Shown in pieces: positions 12,836 through 25,900 of a stretch of 64,000 nt of DNA. The stretch spans positions 9,920,001 to 9,984,000 of the forward strand of contig CM060732.1 of assembly GCA_030704615.1 (NCBI GenBank), read 5' to 3'. The first letter of the stretch is position 1, and the number at the start of each line of letters is the position of its first letter. The translations under genes and the position numbers were made by a program. This DNA is from Takakia lepidozioides (Eukaryota > Plantae > Bryophyta). Under the pieces are notes generated by a model that was not told the origin of the DNA, searched no databases, and saw nothing but the letters and a program-made list of their open reading frames with translations.

Positions 12836-13381
12836 GGAGGTCAGATGGTGGGGTCAGCTGCAGCATATGTCCAACACCAGATATCCTAAGTTAATCGACT
12901 CTATATTTTGGAAACAGGACCGCCCACCGACCTGTCAAACAGGCTAAGTCCTGGCAGAAGACAGTAGAAGAGATTCTCAAGGACCTGGACCTGGAACCGC
13001 AAGTCTTCAACCTGCTGGATAAATCTGACTTAGACGCTGTAGTGTCCAACCATGTCTGTGGGCAACCTGAAGACATTATTCATTTTTTGATACACTGTCC
13101 CGGGTTCTCTCACCAAAGAGACGCTCTCTTCAAATCTATCAAGGGAATTGTGCATGTACCTCTGTTTACTAAGCTTGAAAAAGTCAAGGCTGAGCCAAAA
13201 GCCGAGCCCCTTCTGAGGCCTAGTTTTTGGGCAACTCACACACAGCAGATTGATACTTGTGTGAAGGAATTTGTAAATATCTGGAAAACCCGGATTAATT
13301 CTATATGTGAAGGTAAGTCTTACTACCAACTTCAGCCCTTGACAGAGGTAGGATCTGTCCCTTTGTTTCCCCAAGACGGGC
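12836..13381 (+). mobile_element. LINE (RTE/RTEX-like) ORF2 3' fragment with internal deletion
   Basis: RWWGQLQHMSNTRYPK, CGQPEDIIHFLIHCP; inverted relative to 8190-8510 and 14420-14625. Confidence 0.75.
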
Positions 13382-14202
13382 GGCAACAAAGCAAAAAAAA
13401 AAAATGTGGGGGGGGGGGGGGGGTGGACTGAGCAGCAGCAGCTGCTCAGTCACTCCCCCCCCCCCCCCCCCACCTTCTTTTCTTTTCTTTGTTGCCCCCT
13501 GATGTCTCCCTCTCTCTCCCTCTCTCTCCCTTTGGAAAACTGGGTTTATGGAATTGTTGTCCCGACTTCCATCTTTGAAAAATTTGAAATTTTTTGAAAA
13601 ATTGGGTTGTAGGGAATTTTGAATGTTTTTCATCCAAAATACAAAATTTTCCCTAGTGAGCACCCCACGACGGACAGCCGTCGCGGGGGGGCGACGTGTT
13701 TTATATTTATGGGGCCGGGGGTCACAAGAAACGACGGCCAGCCGTCGCAAATTTCATTTTTACATTTCAAAAAAAAGGCGGGCGCAGGTGTGCGACGGCC
13801 GAGCGTCGCACGTAGCGCCGCGCCCTTTTTTTTTGCCCTAAGTGCTTGAAGCATCTCTTTCCCCTCCCGTTTTCGTTTGTTCTTTGGGAGAGAGGTAGTT
13901 CAGAGAGTGGGGTTTAGGGTGGAGGAGAAACACACCTGCTGCTGAGCCCGAGGTGGTCGCAAGGCCCCAAGGAGTTTGCACCAACGCCGCTCCAACGCCC
14001 AAGGTAAGCACCGCCTCCTCCCTCACTTTCTGTCTTGCTTTCTTGCCCTAAGCACGGGCTGATGTCTCTCTCCCCTGTGTGGTAGGAACGCCGCGTAGAG
14101 GTGCGACCTAACGAGCTGAAGAGAGAGAGAGAGAGCCGTGGTGAGCGGGGGAGAGACGCCCTGCAGCGGCGGGGACCCGCACCGCAGCAGCAGAGGTACG
14201 TC

Positions 14203-14625
14203 AGGGAAATTGCACTCTCCCTTTCCTCTCTGCTTCTGTTTACTGTTCAAAGGTAGTCTTCTTGCCCTGAGTTTAAATTTAGGTCTGGTGCCAAGAGTGG
14301 GATAGACCCTTGAGCGCATCCATGATGTCCTCCCCCATGTCACAGACTGGAAACAGGTTCAGGGAAGTTTTCTTCCTAACTTCATTTTCATCGGACAATT
14401 TTCTAGTAACAAACATGGCTTTGACACTACACTCTCTAAGTCAGGTTTATCGAGCAAGGTCAAGACTTGCGGGTCCAGATTCAGATCCTTGAGAATCTCT
14501 TTTTATTCTCTTCTCCCATGGCTTACCCTGTTTGACAAGGCGGTCCCGTTTCCAAGGTATAGAGTCGATTAACTTAGGATATCTGGTGTTGGACATATAT
14601 TGCAGCTGAACCCACCATCTGACCT
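14203..14625 (-). mobile_element. Third fragment of the same LINE family
   Basis: Direct match to ~8513-8730 and inverted match to ~12836-13030. Confidence 0.75.
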
Positions 14626-17571
14626 TGAATTTATCTCGTCGGGAGCTTAAAAGAGAGCAGCACAGAAGAGAGGGAAGATACTTTTTGTCATGTCAAGACA
14701 AAGACAAGACCCCTAGGGTTGTTGTCATGAATAAGAAGAATAATCAAACATATCAGCCACTTAACACTGGCACCATCCGTCAAGCTTAGAAAATCCAGAA
14801 TTACATCCATGCACAGTGTTGTGTTCATGTCAGTATTATTCATAACCCAAAGAGTATGCCACTGATGCTGATTGACCACCAGTCATGATCATGATATACA
14901 TTCAGAGGTGTGGGTGGGATGGCGGGTACTTGGCCATATTTTGGCCTTGATGTGTTGCAGGTCAAATGGTCATACAGATTTATTGTCTACATGCTGTACT
15001 CCAAGCATACTTATTCAAACCCCATGGGTGTCATGGAGGGTTTTTTTAAGAAATCAGAGAGAACAAAAAGAACCCTTGGACATCACAGATTTTAATTACC
15101 TTGCCATGCAAGTATTGGTTTAGACTGGTCTGCAGCATAGCTTGCCCTGTTGCAGCTATTCGGGTACCCATGTTGGTCCCTGTTATGTTGCAACCCGGAT
15201 GGCTTTGTTAGCTAGATGCTTAGGCCAGGGTATGGTGAAGATTCCGCCTGTGGATATTCGGCTGACAATGAAATATGGCAGCAATATATAACTGGTAACT
15301 GGTTTTTGAGGTAGCCAGGGTGGTCAAGTGGAAATACCCCCTGGACATGGTGTAATGACATGGTCAAATGTGGAATGATGTGTAGGGTGTACTGACATTA
15401 TCATATACTGTCACAGGGTGTGTATGCAGTCCTTTATCTTTACCTTGTTGTGTCATGAACTTTGATTTTCAGCTCTAGCAAGAAATAAAGGTATAGGGGT
15501 AGTCTAGAATCCTTGCAGCCTCTCAAATTGTTTCCAACTACCATCAGGTAAGCAAAGCAAACTAGTGCCTGAAAAACAGATGGTGTCTCTCACACAAGCC
15601 ATCATAAACCCGGCTGTCACAACAAAGCAGAGGTCTTCCACTAGCTGGGCCGAAAATAGCCCATCGTAGAAAGCATTACACTTGTTCTTCAAAAATAAAG
15701 GAAGGAAAGAGGTAGGATCAAGAAAAACCATAGAGTAGTTTAGTTTTTCAACATTTTAAGATGAGTCCCTGGCAAGCGATTCCTTCCCCTACTCTGCAAT
15801 CCCACTTGGCATCCAGCAGCACCTAGACATCAGAATATTAAGTGGAAGCCCTCACCTGTGCCCGCAAAAACAACCACAACGCATTGTGAGTTAGTGAGGA
15901 TGCACGAGGTGAGTAACAGGCTTCCACACTTGCTATCGAGGTCAAATACACTTCAATCTAAGCGCAGAGAATGCCAAAGAAAACAGGGAAGCAAAACAAA
16001 CAGAAAAAAAACCTTTTTTACTGTTTGGGGGAGAGTCGTCATCTCTCCACAAGCCTAACTGTGCAGGGAGGACTCTGCCAGCACCACAACACTGCTACCT
16101 TAACCAAAGCAAAGTCTTGCCAAGCACAAGAAAAAAGAGCTTGGTCTCAAAAGATAGGGTTTATAAAGGGAGGGAGAGAGACTTCCTTGTTCTACCAAGA
16201 CGCCGCCATTCATCAAAGATCCAGAGGAGGGCTCCTAGGGAAACGTCATAAGCATGCAGGTGGTACCTCCGCCATCACTACCGCGGTTCCCTTGTGCAGC
16301 AAAAAAACAGACAACTGAGACAGTGAATCTTCCCTCATCTCTAAGCCACCGCCATCGCCTTAAAGAGCCCGCCTAGGCGGCGCTCACAGGAGCTATAAAC
16401 ACTCAAAGGAGCTATAAACACTCAAGGATTGGCAGCTCAAGGTATCTGCAGCACGAGCACCATCGCTCCTCCCAAGCCGCCATCGCGCGCGCTCTCGCAG
16501 CGCAAAAAGAATGACATTATGGTTGCGCAGGGTTTTTCCATGTATGGCCCGTCATTCATCCTTCTCAGGATAAAAAACATCTGCCAGCATGTACGTCCGA
16601 CGGACGTTGTCCGTTTCTCATTCGCGAAAGATGAAAGACATCGTGCGTTCATCTTGTCTTGAACTCGTCACTAAATACCTGTGAGTTGCAAAACTCCCGT
16701 CAGTTTTTATTTTTTCAATCCAACCTGGATGAAAAAAAGACTTCATTTGACAGGACCTAAATACGGGCCAGACAAGTATAAAAAAGTTGTTTTAAACCCC
16801 CAATGTTTTTCATCTAACCTAGATGAAACGCGGACTGCAAAAAAAACTCGTCGTCTAATGCGACGCAAGGGTGTCACAGGAGGCGATGGCCGGCCTTTCT
16901 GGGTTTAGGGTTTAGGGCCTTTTGGGTTTCTTAGTTTTTATTTATTTTTTCATATGGTACTAGGTTAGGGTGTTTGCTTTTCTTTATGGTGCTGGGTTTT
17001 AGATTGGCGGTTTTGGTTGTGGGTCTTGGGGTTAAAAGGATAAACGGTGTAATTAGGATTCACATACCCAAAATGTGGTTCAATCTGATAATCGCAAAGC
17101 GCTGGGTCTCAACAAATTTTTCCATGGTGTGGGCATCATGAAGATAGAATGAGAGGAAGGATTTATTGTCTTGGGCTCTAGCACCATAGGGATGCTCCGC
17201 CTTTGGTTACCAATTTTGAAAGCCCCGAGGCTGAGACATAGGGTTTTTTGCCAACGGTTTTTGAGAAATGAAAGTGTTGGTGGTGTGTGTTAATTAGGAT
17301 GGGATGGTGAGGAAACATCGACCCGTCTCCCTCGAGGATGGGAGGTAGTACCACATATCGATTGTGGCCCTAGAGCGACCATTTTCGTGGCGAGGAGCCA
17401 CCCATTGCACCTGATCCAATACAGGCTGCCGGGCACAATCGTAGAAGGGACCGGGGCCAAATTTCAGGTGATGCGGAGGATGTTGACACTCCGGGATTGA
17501 GTCGGGCGCACCGCGGGTTGCCCCCTCACGGGCCACCCCGTCCAACCACGTCCACATTTGACCCCCCCGAC

Positions 17572-17697
17572 ATGATTGAGTGTTGGTGCACTAAGTGTTG
17601 GGAACAGATACCGCCGGGCGGCACCAGACCACCGAGGCGGCGACCGCATGTTGTTGAAAAACATTACAAGAAAAACAAGATTGCGGATGCGGCAAAG
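17572..17697 (+). pseudogene. Transposase-associated Zn-finger-like exon (CxCxxC..H)
   Basis: MIECWCTKC...VVEKHY ends at phase-0 donor AAG|GTGAGT, in frame with acceptor at 19968. Confidence 0.55.
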
Positions 17698-18404
17698 GTG
17701 AGTGTTTTTCCCACCCCTCTCATTAACATTCATTTAAGGTACATTTAGGTTTATCTAATAATATAGTATGATTGGTAAGCATACATGAATCAAAATTACG
17801 ACATAAGTATTGATGCGTCGTTCACTACGCACATTGCAGCCACGACTTGATGCCCAAGCTCGCAATCACATTGCACAGGAGGCATTTCGCGCCGGTCTAC
17901 TTGCAGAATTTGTGCCAGAACATGTGCCTGATGTGACCAGTTGGTTCCCCCAGCAGCACGTAGATGAGATGCGTAGGGTCGAGGGGTATCGTAGGTGTCG
18001 TAGGCGTTATGGCCGGCGACAAGCAGGCCCCCCCCCCCCCCCCCCCCCCCCCTCCAGTTTCCTCAGGCGGTCCCCCTGATTGTGGCCTCCCCCCCCCCCC
18101 GTCTGTTTCTTTGCCTGATCCGGATGTTGTACCCCCGGCTGCACCTCCGACATTACATCCTCAATCACCTCCATTTTCATCTCCTCCGCCAGCAGTACCA
18201 CCTCCACCTCCACCTCCACGTGCATGTGCCCCCCGAACCCCTAGGAGGGGTCGGCTTCGCCCTAGGTTTCCTTCCATTCGGCTTGGGCGGCCTAAGCCGG
18301 ATCCTCGCCCCCGATGGGAAGTGCATAGGACTATGTTACTGAGGACCGTCCAGCCTCGTTGATGGGGGAATCATCTCGACCCTCCCACCCCCATCCGAGA
18401 AAAT

Positions 18405-18931
18405 GTGGAGTTCGAGTATTGGGGGAGACGGTATGTTGTGAGAGCCGCTACAGACCCTGCTATGGGTCGGGGTTTATTCACGGTCAATGATATGTGGTTC
18501 CTCCTCGGAGAAACAGCATGGTGGACTTGTTTCCCTACTACGATCCATACTACACCTCCGCGGAGTTCTGTACATTACGCCTCGAAGCCCCATACATCCT
18601 ACCCTATATTTTGTGTGTCAACGGACAGGATGTACGTAGACGGGGGTTGTCTCCCATTGAGATCAGATTTTGTGATGGTGACCCCGACATCTTCGGCAAT
18701 GTTGCTAGGCTGGTCAATAGTTCTTTTGGTCATCCTAGGAGAACCAATGTAGTATGGGACGAGCAAAGCGATGGGCACGAGAGCTTTTGTGGTCATACGT
18801 CAGTATAATGTGAGGGGATGCACATGTTTGTGATGACATGTGCTAGTAGGACTATTAGGGCTGGCAGCGAACTATTTGCATCATATGAGTTCTCCCGGGA
18901 TGATTGGGACCTCCGATTACAGCGTGAGTAG
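18405..18931 (+). pseudogene. SET-domain (lysine methyltransferase-like) pseudogene inside the CACTA
   Basis: GRGLF, frameshift near 18492, DGDPDIFGNVARLVNSS, then past TAA 18806-18808 ASRTIRAGSELFASY. Confidence 0.8.
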
Positions 18932-19967
18932 GATGTGTATGATAGAAATAGGGTTCCTTTGAGACAGGGATACATTCGATTAATCGATTGATGTAAAAAA
19001 ATTCTTGTTGCTCATGTGGGTTGCATCTTTGCATATGTGATCTAAACATACTTATGCACATGTGGACCAAATATGAGCTTGAACCAAGTTGATTCAATGG
19101 GTCATTCTAGTGTTAAACGCAGATACGTGTCATAGAGACGGAAATTTGTGTTTCGCCTGCAGATGATTTTTTTTTATTCCATTTTTTTCAAGCCATATGC
19201 TTAATGATAGCATATGCAATGTGCGTGCAAAATTTGGGAGTAAACAAAAGTCATTTGGACCCATAACCAGATTTTGTTATCTCATTTGCACTCCAAAGTT
19301 GAGTTATCTTTAACTTCATGCATTCTTCATAGAGAGTTCTGCAAAAGTGACCCTAGAAACACCCTTATTTTTTTTCCATTTTTTTTTTGTCCCACTTTTT
19401 GCATGGATGTAGTGGTGCAAAGCCCGATGTCAAAGAACAAAATAGAGCTAAAAAACAAATCATTACGCCCCTCAAAACCGCAATCATATATTTTCTAAAT
19501 GCAAATATTTATTTTAAATTCATTTAAATTCAATTTAATTCAAAATTGGTGCAAGGGTGAGTGCGTCGTTGGGGAGGCATTTTTAAAATAATAATAATAA
19601 TAATAATAAATAATAATAATTTTTGCTGGATCTTTGTATAGGTGTTGCACACATATTTAAGCACATGTAGGAAAAAATGAAGCTTGAGCCACATCCGTTT
19701 GTTGGGTGCAATGGCATAAGAGGATTTTCTTTCACATTAATACAAAAATTGGTTGATAGGGTGAATGCGTCATTGGGGGGGCAAATGATTTTGTTTGGGT
19801 TTGAAACTTTGCATGCGTGTACGTTGCGCACATACATGTAATTATTGAATGACATATTTGATGTACACACACATTGAAGGTTGTTGTTTGCATTTTGCTT
19901 ATAATGAAGTGTATGGTTGCAAGGACACATTATAATATATGTCCCTATGTTCATTTGTTCGTATCAG

Positions 19968-22900
19968 GTTGTCCATCCCTTCCCGGTTTTTTCTCTTGGC
20001 ACCCCATCCGAAAACAACCCAAGTACATTAGGCGGGAGCCGTGGACGAGACGCCGCCCCCACGGTACCGGACGATGATGACGATGATAATGATAGTGACA
20101 GTGACAACAACAATGAGCATGGAATTAACCAGGAGGATGTGCAAGCCATGGAGGATCTCTTAATGCATCATGTGGGCGTTGATGCATCCCATGAAGAGGG
20201 AACCCGGCCAATCGATGATCCTGAAATGGCCCCCTCAAATGACATGGAGAGGGAGGCGAGAACTCCCTTGTACGAAGGGGCGAAAGTGAGTCGACTTTCA
20301 ACAATCTTACTTTTGCTCAATCCTCAAATTCGATTTGGCATAAGTAATGTTGGGATGTCTGCCATAATGCGAACTATTGCAGACTATATCCTTGCTCCAC
20401 ACTTGAAACCCAAGATGCCACGGTCGCGGAAAGAGGCGCGCGAAGTCTTGGACTCTGTGGGGATGGGCTATAAGATTTTTCATGCATGTCCATGTGATAA
20501 AACCCTATACTATGGAGAGGATTCGCATCTCACCAAGTGCCCAAAGTGCAAGAAAGACCGATATCAGGATGATGTCCAAGGGAAAAAAGTACCACGCAAG
20601 GTATAAGCGCCATTCACCCTCGCATGGAGATTACTTTCTTTAATCTTCTCAATGTATGTAAAGTGTATTCTACAAAGTTTAGGGTTTAGAGAGTAGTACT
20701 CATGCAAGATCTGATTGTGGTTTTGGAATGAGTAAGTGAGGAGTGGAAGGAGCGACGTTCGGTTTTACACCCAAATGAGGGAGAGGTTGCATAAAGGGAA
20801 AGACATAAGGTGTTGTATTATGTGTGCTAATGGGATGATTACATGTGGGGGGCGTGGGGTATTTCATCCTAGAAAATGCATTACTTTCCGATCATCCCGC
20901 GATTGAGGGCACAGTACCGAAGCCCCAAATTGGCCAGACTCATGAGATGGCACGCCTCGCATCGGAGCCCCCCGGGAAAGGTGTGCGGGCCACAAGATTC
21001 ACAAGAATGGAGGCATATTGAAGAGATGTGGCCTTTTCTCTTGGAGGACCCACGACATGTCCACCTCGGCTTCTCCTCGGATGGGGTCAACCCATTCTCT
21101 GTCCAGTCATGTAGTCATTCCACTTGGCCGGTGACCATGGTGAATTACAACATCCCTCCGTATCTTTCAATTAAAAAAGGCCATATCATGTTGGCTGCCA
21201 TTGTGCCAGGTGAGTCATTTCATGTTTATTATTGCCTTAGACTTTACATTAAACTTCTAATTTCTGACGCAATTCGGATGCAAGATTGATGAGTGACTGT
21301 AGTGTGAAAAGAAGGGGGCATAAATCCCTTTTTGTGTAATTCTAATTGTACTTCTTCCAGTAAAAAGAACAACCTAGCAATCTACCAGCGGCACACGGTT
21401 ATGGGTTTCCCTCCTATCGTTCATGATCAGAGTTCATAAATCCTCATCCACGCCACAGCGGAAGAGAAAAAATGGATGGGGATTGAATCCTTCTTGTTCA
21501 TGATTTACACAATCTTTATACAATTGCAGCACCAATGGTGCTGCTGTGATATTTTCAGTGATACAACCAGCCCTATGGCGGAGCTAAATGCGACCCATGT
21601 GGGCATCACCCTTGAGCAACACACGTCGAAACCCCTTTTGTAATGAGATCACTGATAAGAGGAAGACAACTCAGATCTGCCATGAATTACAGGCCTAGTG
21701 ATTCTCTGCAGATGTCATGGTTTTTCCTCTATCTCCCAGTTGACCATCCCTCATTACCCCTTTTATTGAGCAGCTCTCTCCCTTCCCAAACCTTTTATCT
21801 CTCCTTCATGCTGTAAAATTCCCTGGCTCATTTTCTTCCAACCAGCAGCCTATCTACATGCAATGCAAACACATTCAGCCATGTATCCAGTGAATCCAGC
21901 CTTGGAATCAAACCTTGGTCACACAAGACATGATCAGCTCTTCCATCAGTCTTTCTCTCACCCAAAACAGACCCTTCACACTGTTTGCCTCCAGGGACAA
22001 CCCAGTTTGTCAGTCAGTTCCGAACCCTTCGACAGATCTGCATCTAAACACCCCAACAGCTCACTTTTGCCCTTTCAGATTTGAACCACAGAGTTCAAAT
22101 TCTAAGTCCACTTTGAACCAGTTCTAAACTCCACATCAGTGTCAGTTTGCAGCCCTATCCACCTCTTCCTCTTTCTGATTTCAAAGAGGTTACAGCTAAC
22201 CCTCACTAGTGCTCACATCAACTACACTGGATTGCATTACATCTAATCTCCGTCAGTAGCTACCTTAACTCCTATTGTCGTCTGGATTTGACGATTCCAG
22301 CGTTCATTAAGTCATGACGGCCCTGCTTCAGCCTATGGCAACACCCCTGTAGCCTGCCAACTAACTACCCTATCTCACTATCTAAGCAAATCTACCCTAA
22401 GATCTGATATGATCTTATAACAAGAAGACAGTGATCATCTGAAAGCTTCCTGCATCTGTACATTCCACTCTTTACCTCCTTATTTACAGATAACCTGAGT
22501 CACCATCCACAAGCCAATCCCTCATTTGCTCTGGCAGATGCTCGGTATGTCGAGCTGCTCTTCATCCTAACTCTCCATTGATTGTGCCAGCAACCCCACC
22601 TCCCTGTTCTCTGGCAGCTGGCCGTTTCCCTTGCATGCTCATCCTCCCATGATCATGTTCATCAAGGCAATGGCGGCTCTAGTGGTTGCACAAGATTAGT
22701 GACAGCACCGCCTCCCTTCACCTGGCTTGAGCACAACTCTTCCAAGTTGTTCCCTGCACGATTATCCTCCAACAAGCCCTAAGCTACCCATTCACCATAG
22801 CAGCGACGACACCGCCTGTTAATTGATTGCTCCATCGCATGCCACACCGATCTCCCTGTAAGCATATCCTCCAGAAATTGATCATTACCAAGAAGATGGC

Positions 22901-25900
22901 GGCACCGCTTCCCTTGCTGCACAAATTACCAAGTTGTGCCCTTATCCTCTACATTAACACTTCCCTTAATGCAAGCCAGCATGCCCCAATGTAGATGCAA
23001 TCGCCTTTGACACAATGCCCTGCCAATTCCATTGTTCGCAGCATCTGCTCAGAGCCCCCGTCATCTTCCCCTTCGTCTTCCTCGTCCTGCGTTTCTAGGG
23101 TAACCACCAGTGACGAAAGTCATCCATTTTCACAACGGAAAACATGCTAGGTTTCATTAACAGAGTTAATCACAAATTCATTGCATCCTTGGTACTGGAT
23201 CCTTCGTCCTCGTTCCTGGGAGTCATCCAGTAAGCATGGATGTAATCCATTCATCCTCCGAATGAAAATACGCATGGTCATGACTTAGCCACTTTCATCC
23301 TGGCAAAGTATCAGCATAGTGTGCCCATGAAATAATCTGTAGGCAGGGATGAATTCCGCCCATAGCATGTATGAAATAAATTGAGCACTTCATCCTGGCC
23401 AAGAGTCCCCATCGTTCCCATGATGTAACCTAAAAACATGTATGGAATAAATTGCAGGGACAACTCAACCTATTTTCACATTGGTACCAGGGCCATCTCT
23501 TTTGTAGAAATGCATAATCTCGGTGAACAAAAATTTCAATGTCACCCCCTTGCATTCACACTACATGACATAATCATGGAGTAAGACGTGTAATTCATTT
23601 TGTAGTATAATTTGCATATTGGTGGAGCATTGAAACAATGATGTGAATGTCTCATAGGGAAAAAACAAGTGGCAAACATGGACACGTACTTGCGACCTCT
23701 TGTTGATGAACTTAAGGAGCTATGGAGGGGGGTCCCGACATCCGGACAATCTTTTCAGATGAGAGGCATCTTGCTTTGGACAATGCATGATTATCCAGGT
23801 ATATTATGTTCCCCATGAACAACCCGCGTACATTCACTTGTCAATGCCAGATAATATCGATGAGGATTGGGATTGATTGAAGTAGCGGCGACAGTCTTGT
23901 GCACCGTAGTGGGGTAGATGGCATTATGGGCCATGCACATGACAACTTTTTGTTTTTGCTAATGTGGTGGGATGTGTAGTACATGACTAACTGTTTGCTC
24001 GGGGCTAAACACCAAAGGTTACCATGCATGCTTGCATTGTGGCGATGATCTTGATGCACATAGCTCCCGCCATCTTCACAAGATGGTGTATCCCAACTAC
24101 CGCAAATTTCTTCCTATGAGCCATCGATGGAGAAGAAGAGAGAAACACTTGTTTGATGGCAAAGAGGAAATATGTTCCCCCCCTATGACACCGTCCGGGC
24201 AGTTTTGGGAGGACCGATGGAAGGAGGCCCATGCGGGCACGGACGGTGAAGTGGACGTGCCCGGCATGAAACGACTTTCAATCTTCTATGAGTTGCCATA
24301 TTGGGCGGTACATATTCCACAAAAACACCGTCAATATCCCTATGCATGCATGTGATATTACACATTTGGTATGCGTTGCATTTGTCACTTTCACGTAAAA
24401 AAATTTGTGTAAGTCTTTGTGGGTGGGGATATATGTAGGACCTGAAGATTCGCCATCTTCTAGATCCCATGCATATTGAGAAGAATGTCTGCTCGTCACT
24501 TTTTCGGGTTCTTCATGGCACATCGACAAAGAAGGGAGTGGCTGCAAAAGGAGATTCTCTCGGTGTTAGAAAGGAGCTTGAGGAGCATGGGTCGCATGCG
24601 CCATCTATGGGCCGAACAAAATGGTGTGGACCCAAAGGCTGTTGTACGGTGGAAGTATAGGTGCGCACCTTGGCAATGGACAAAGGAGGAATACAAGAAA
24701 GTGATAGCCACCATAAGTGCTGTCCGAACACCAACTGATTATGGGTCATCCCTCCGTACGAAGTTCAGCGAAGAAGACGGGGTCCATGGTTTGAAGTCTC
24801 ATGACTACCACAATCTATTGCAAGACATCTTGCCCATTGCAGTACGTGGGACATTGACTCCCGAGGTTCGTGAGACAATATATAGATTGGGAGGCTTGTT
24901 CCGGTGGATTTGCTCCAAAGAGTTGGAAAAAGTAGATATTCCACACATGAAGAAGGAGGCGGTGGAGGTAATGTGTATGTTGGAGATGCACCTTCCTCCC
25001 TCCTTCTTTGACATCCAAGTGCACTTGGTAGTGCACTTAGTGGAATAGGCTTCGATTGCCGGCCCTGTTCATTCTCGGTGGATGTACTTCCTTGAGCGTT
25101 ATATAAATACTTTGAAAGGATTTGTAAGACAAATGGCGCACCCAGAGGGTAGCATGGCGGAGGGGTATACGTTGCAAAAAGCTATGTTCTATTGCACAGA
25201 GTACATGGCAAGGGTGGATGAGGAAGCCCCTCGGATGTGGAAGGAAGAGGAGGATGCACGAACCAAGGACATCGTTTTGCCCAAAAAATCGAAGAGGGTA
25301 AAATTGCCGACCTTGGTGATTGAGCAAGCGCATGACTTCATACTGAAGAACACCCCATCCATACATGAGTGGGAGGCAAGATACAATAATCTTGTTCAGC
25401 AACGAGAGGAGGAGACGCTTGCATGGAGGCGGAACCATCCAAGGCCGATTACTAGACGCCCACGACGAGGAGCGGGCCGCTGGAATGTTCCTTCACAAAA
25501 TTTGCCCATGGAATTGCAGCCTCTAAGTTCATTCCAACAGTGGCTTTGGACTTCAGTTTATGACGTCGTTGCTCAAGGAGAGGTGGTTTCAGATTTGGTG
25601 CGAGACATTGCAAGGGGCCCTTCTCAATTCGCGACCTCATACACGGCGGTTTGGGTTCATCGTCGTCATTTCCGCATTTGTGCTCTTGACATGAATCGCA
25701 AAACAACCTTTGATTATGGCTTGAGTGCCACATATTGGCAAGACTCCGTGTGGGGCAAGGGAGATACACGACCTGCTATGAGTAAACTTGAGTACATTGG
25801 AGAGCTTGAGAGCATACTCCAACTTCAGTTTACAAGGTACCGGCCTCTTCTCTTCAAGGGAAGGTGGTTCCAGCCACATCTTGTGGGGCCCTCCACAACA

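Noticed and set aside
16901-16916. TTTAGGG repeats as a telomere
   Set aside because: Only about two units, part of the CACTA arm inverted repeat
18924-19968. Direct SET-to-transposase splice fusion via GTGAGT at 18924
   Set aside because: Phase 1 donor to phase 0 acceptor is out of frame and stops at 20077
21297-21304. CTGTAGTG and CACTACA (23559) as internal CACTA ends
   Set aside because: They face the wrong way and are better explained as TIRs of a TGT..ACA element with TGAC TSD
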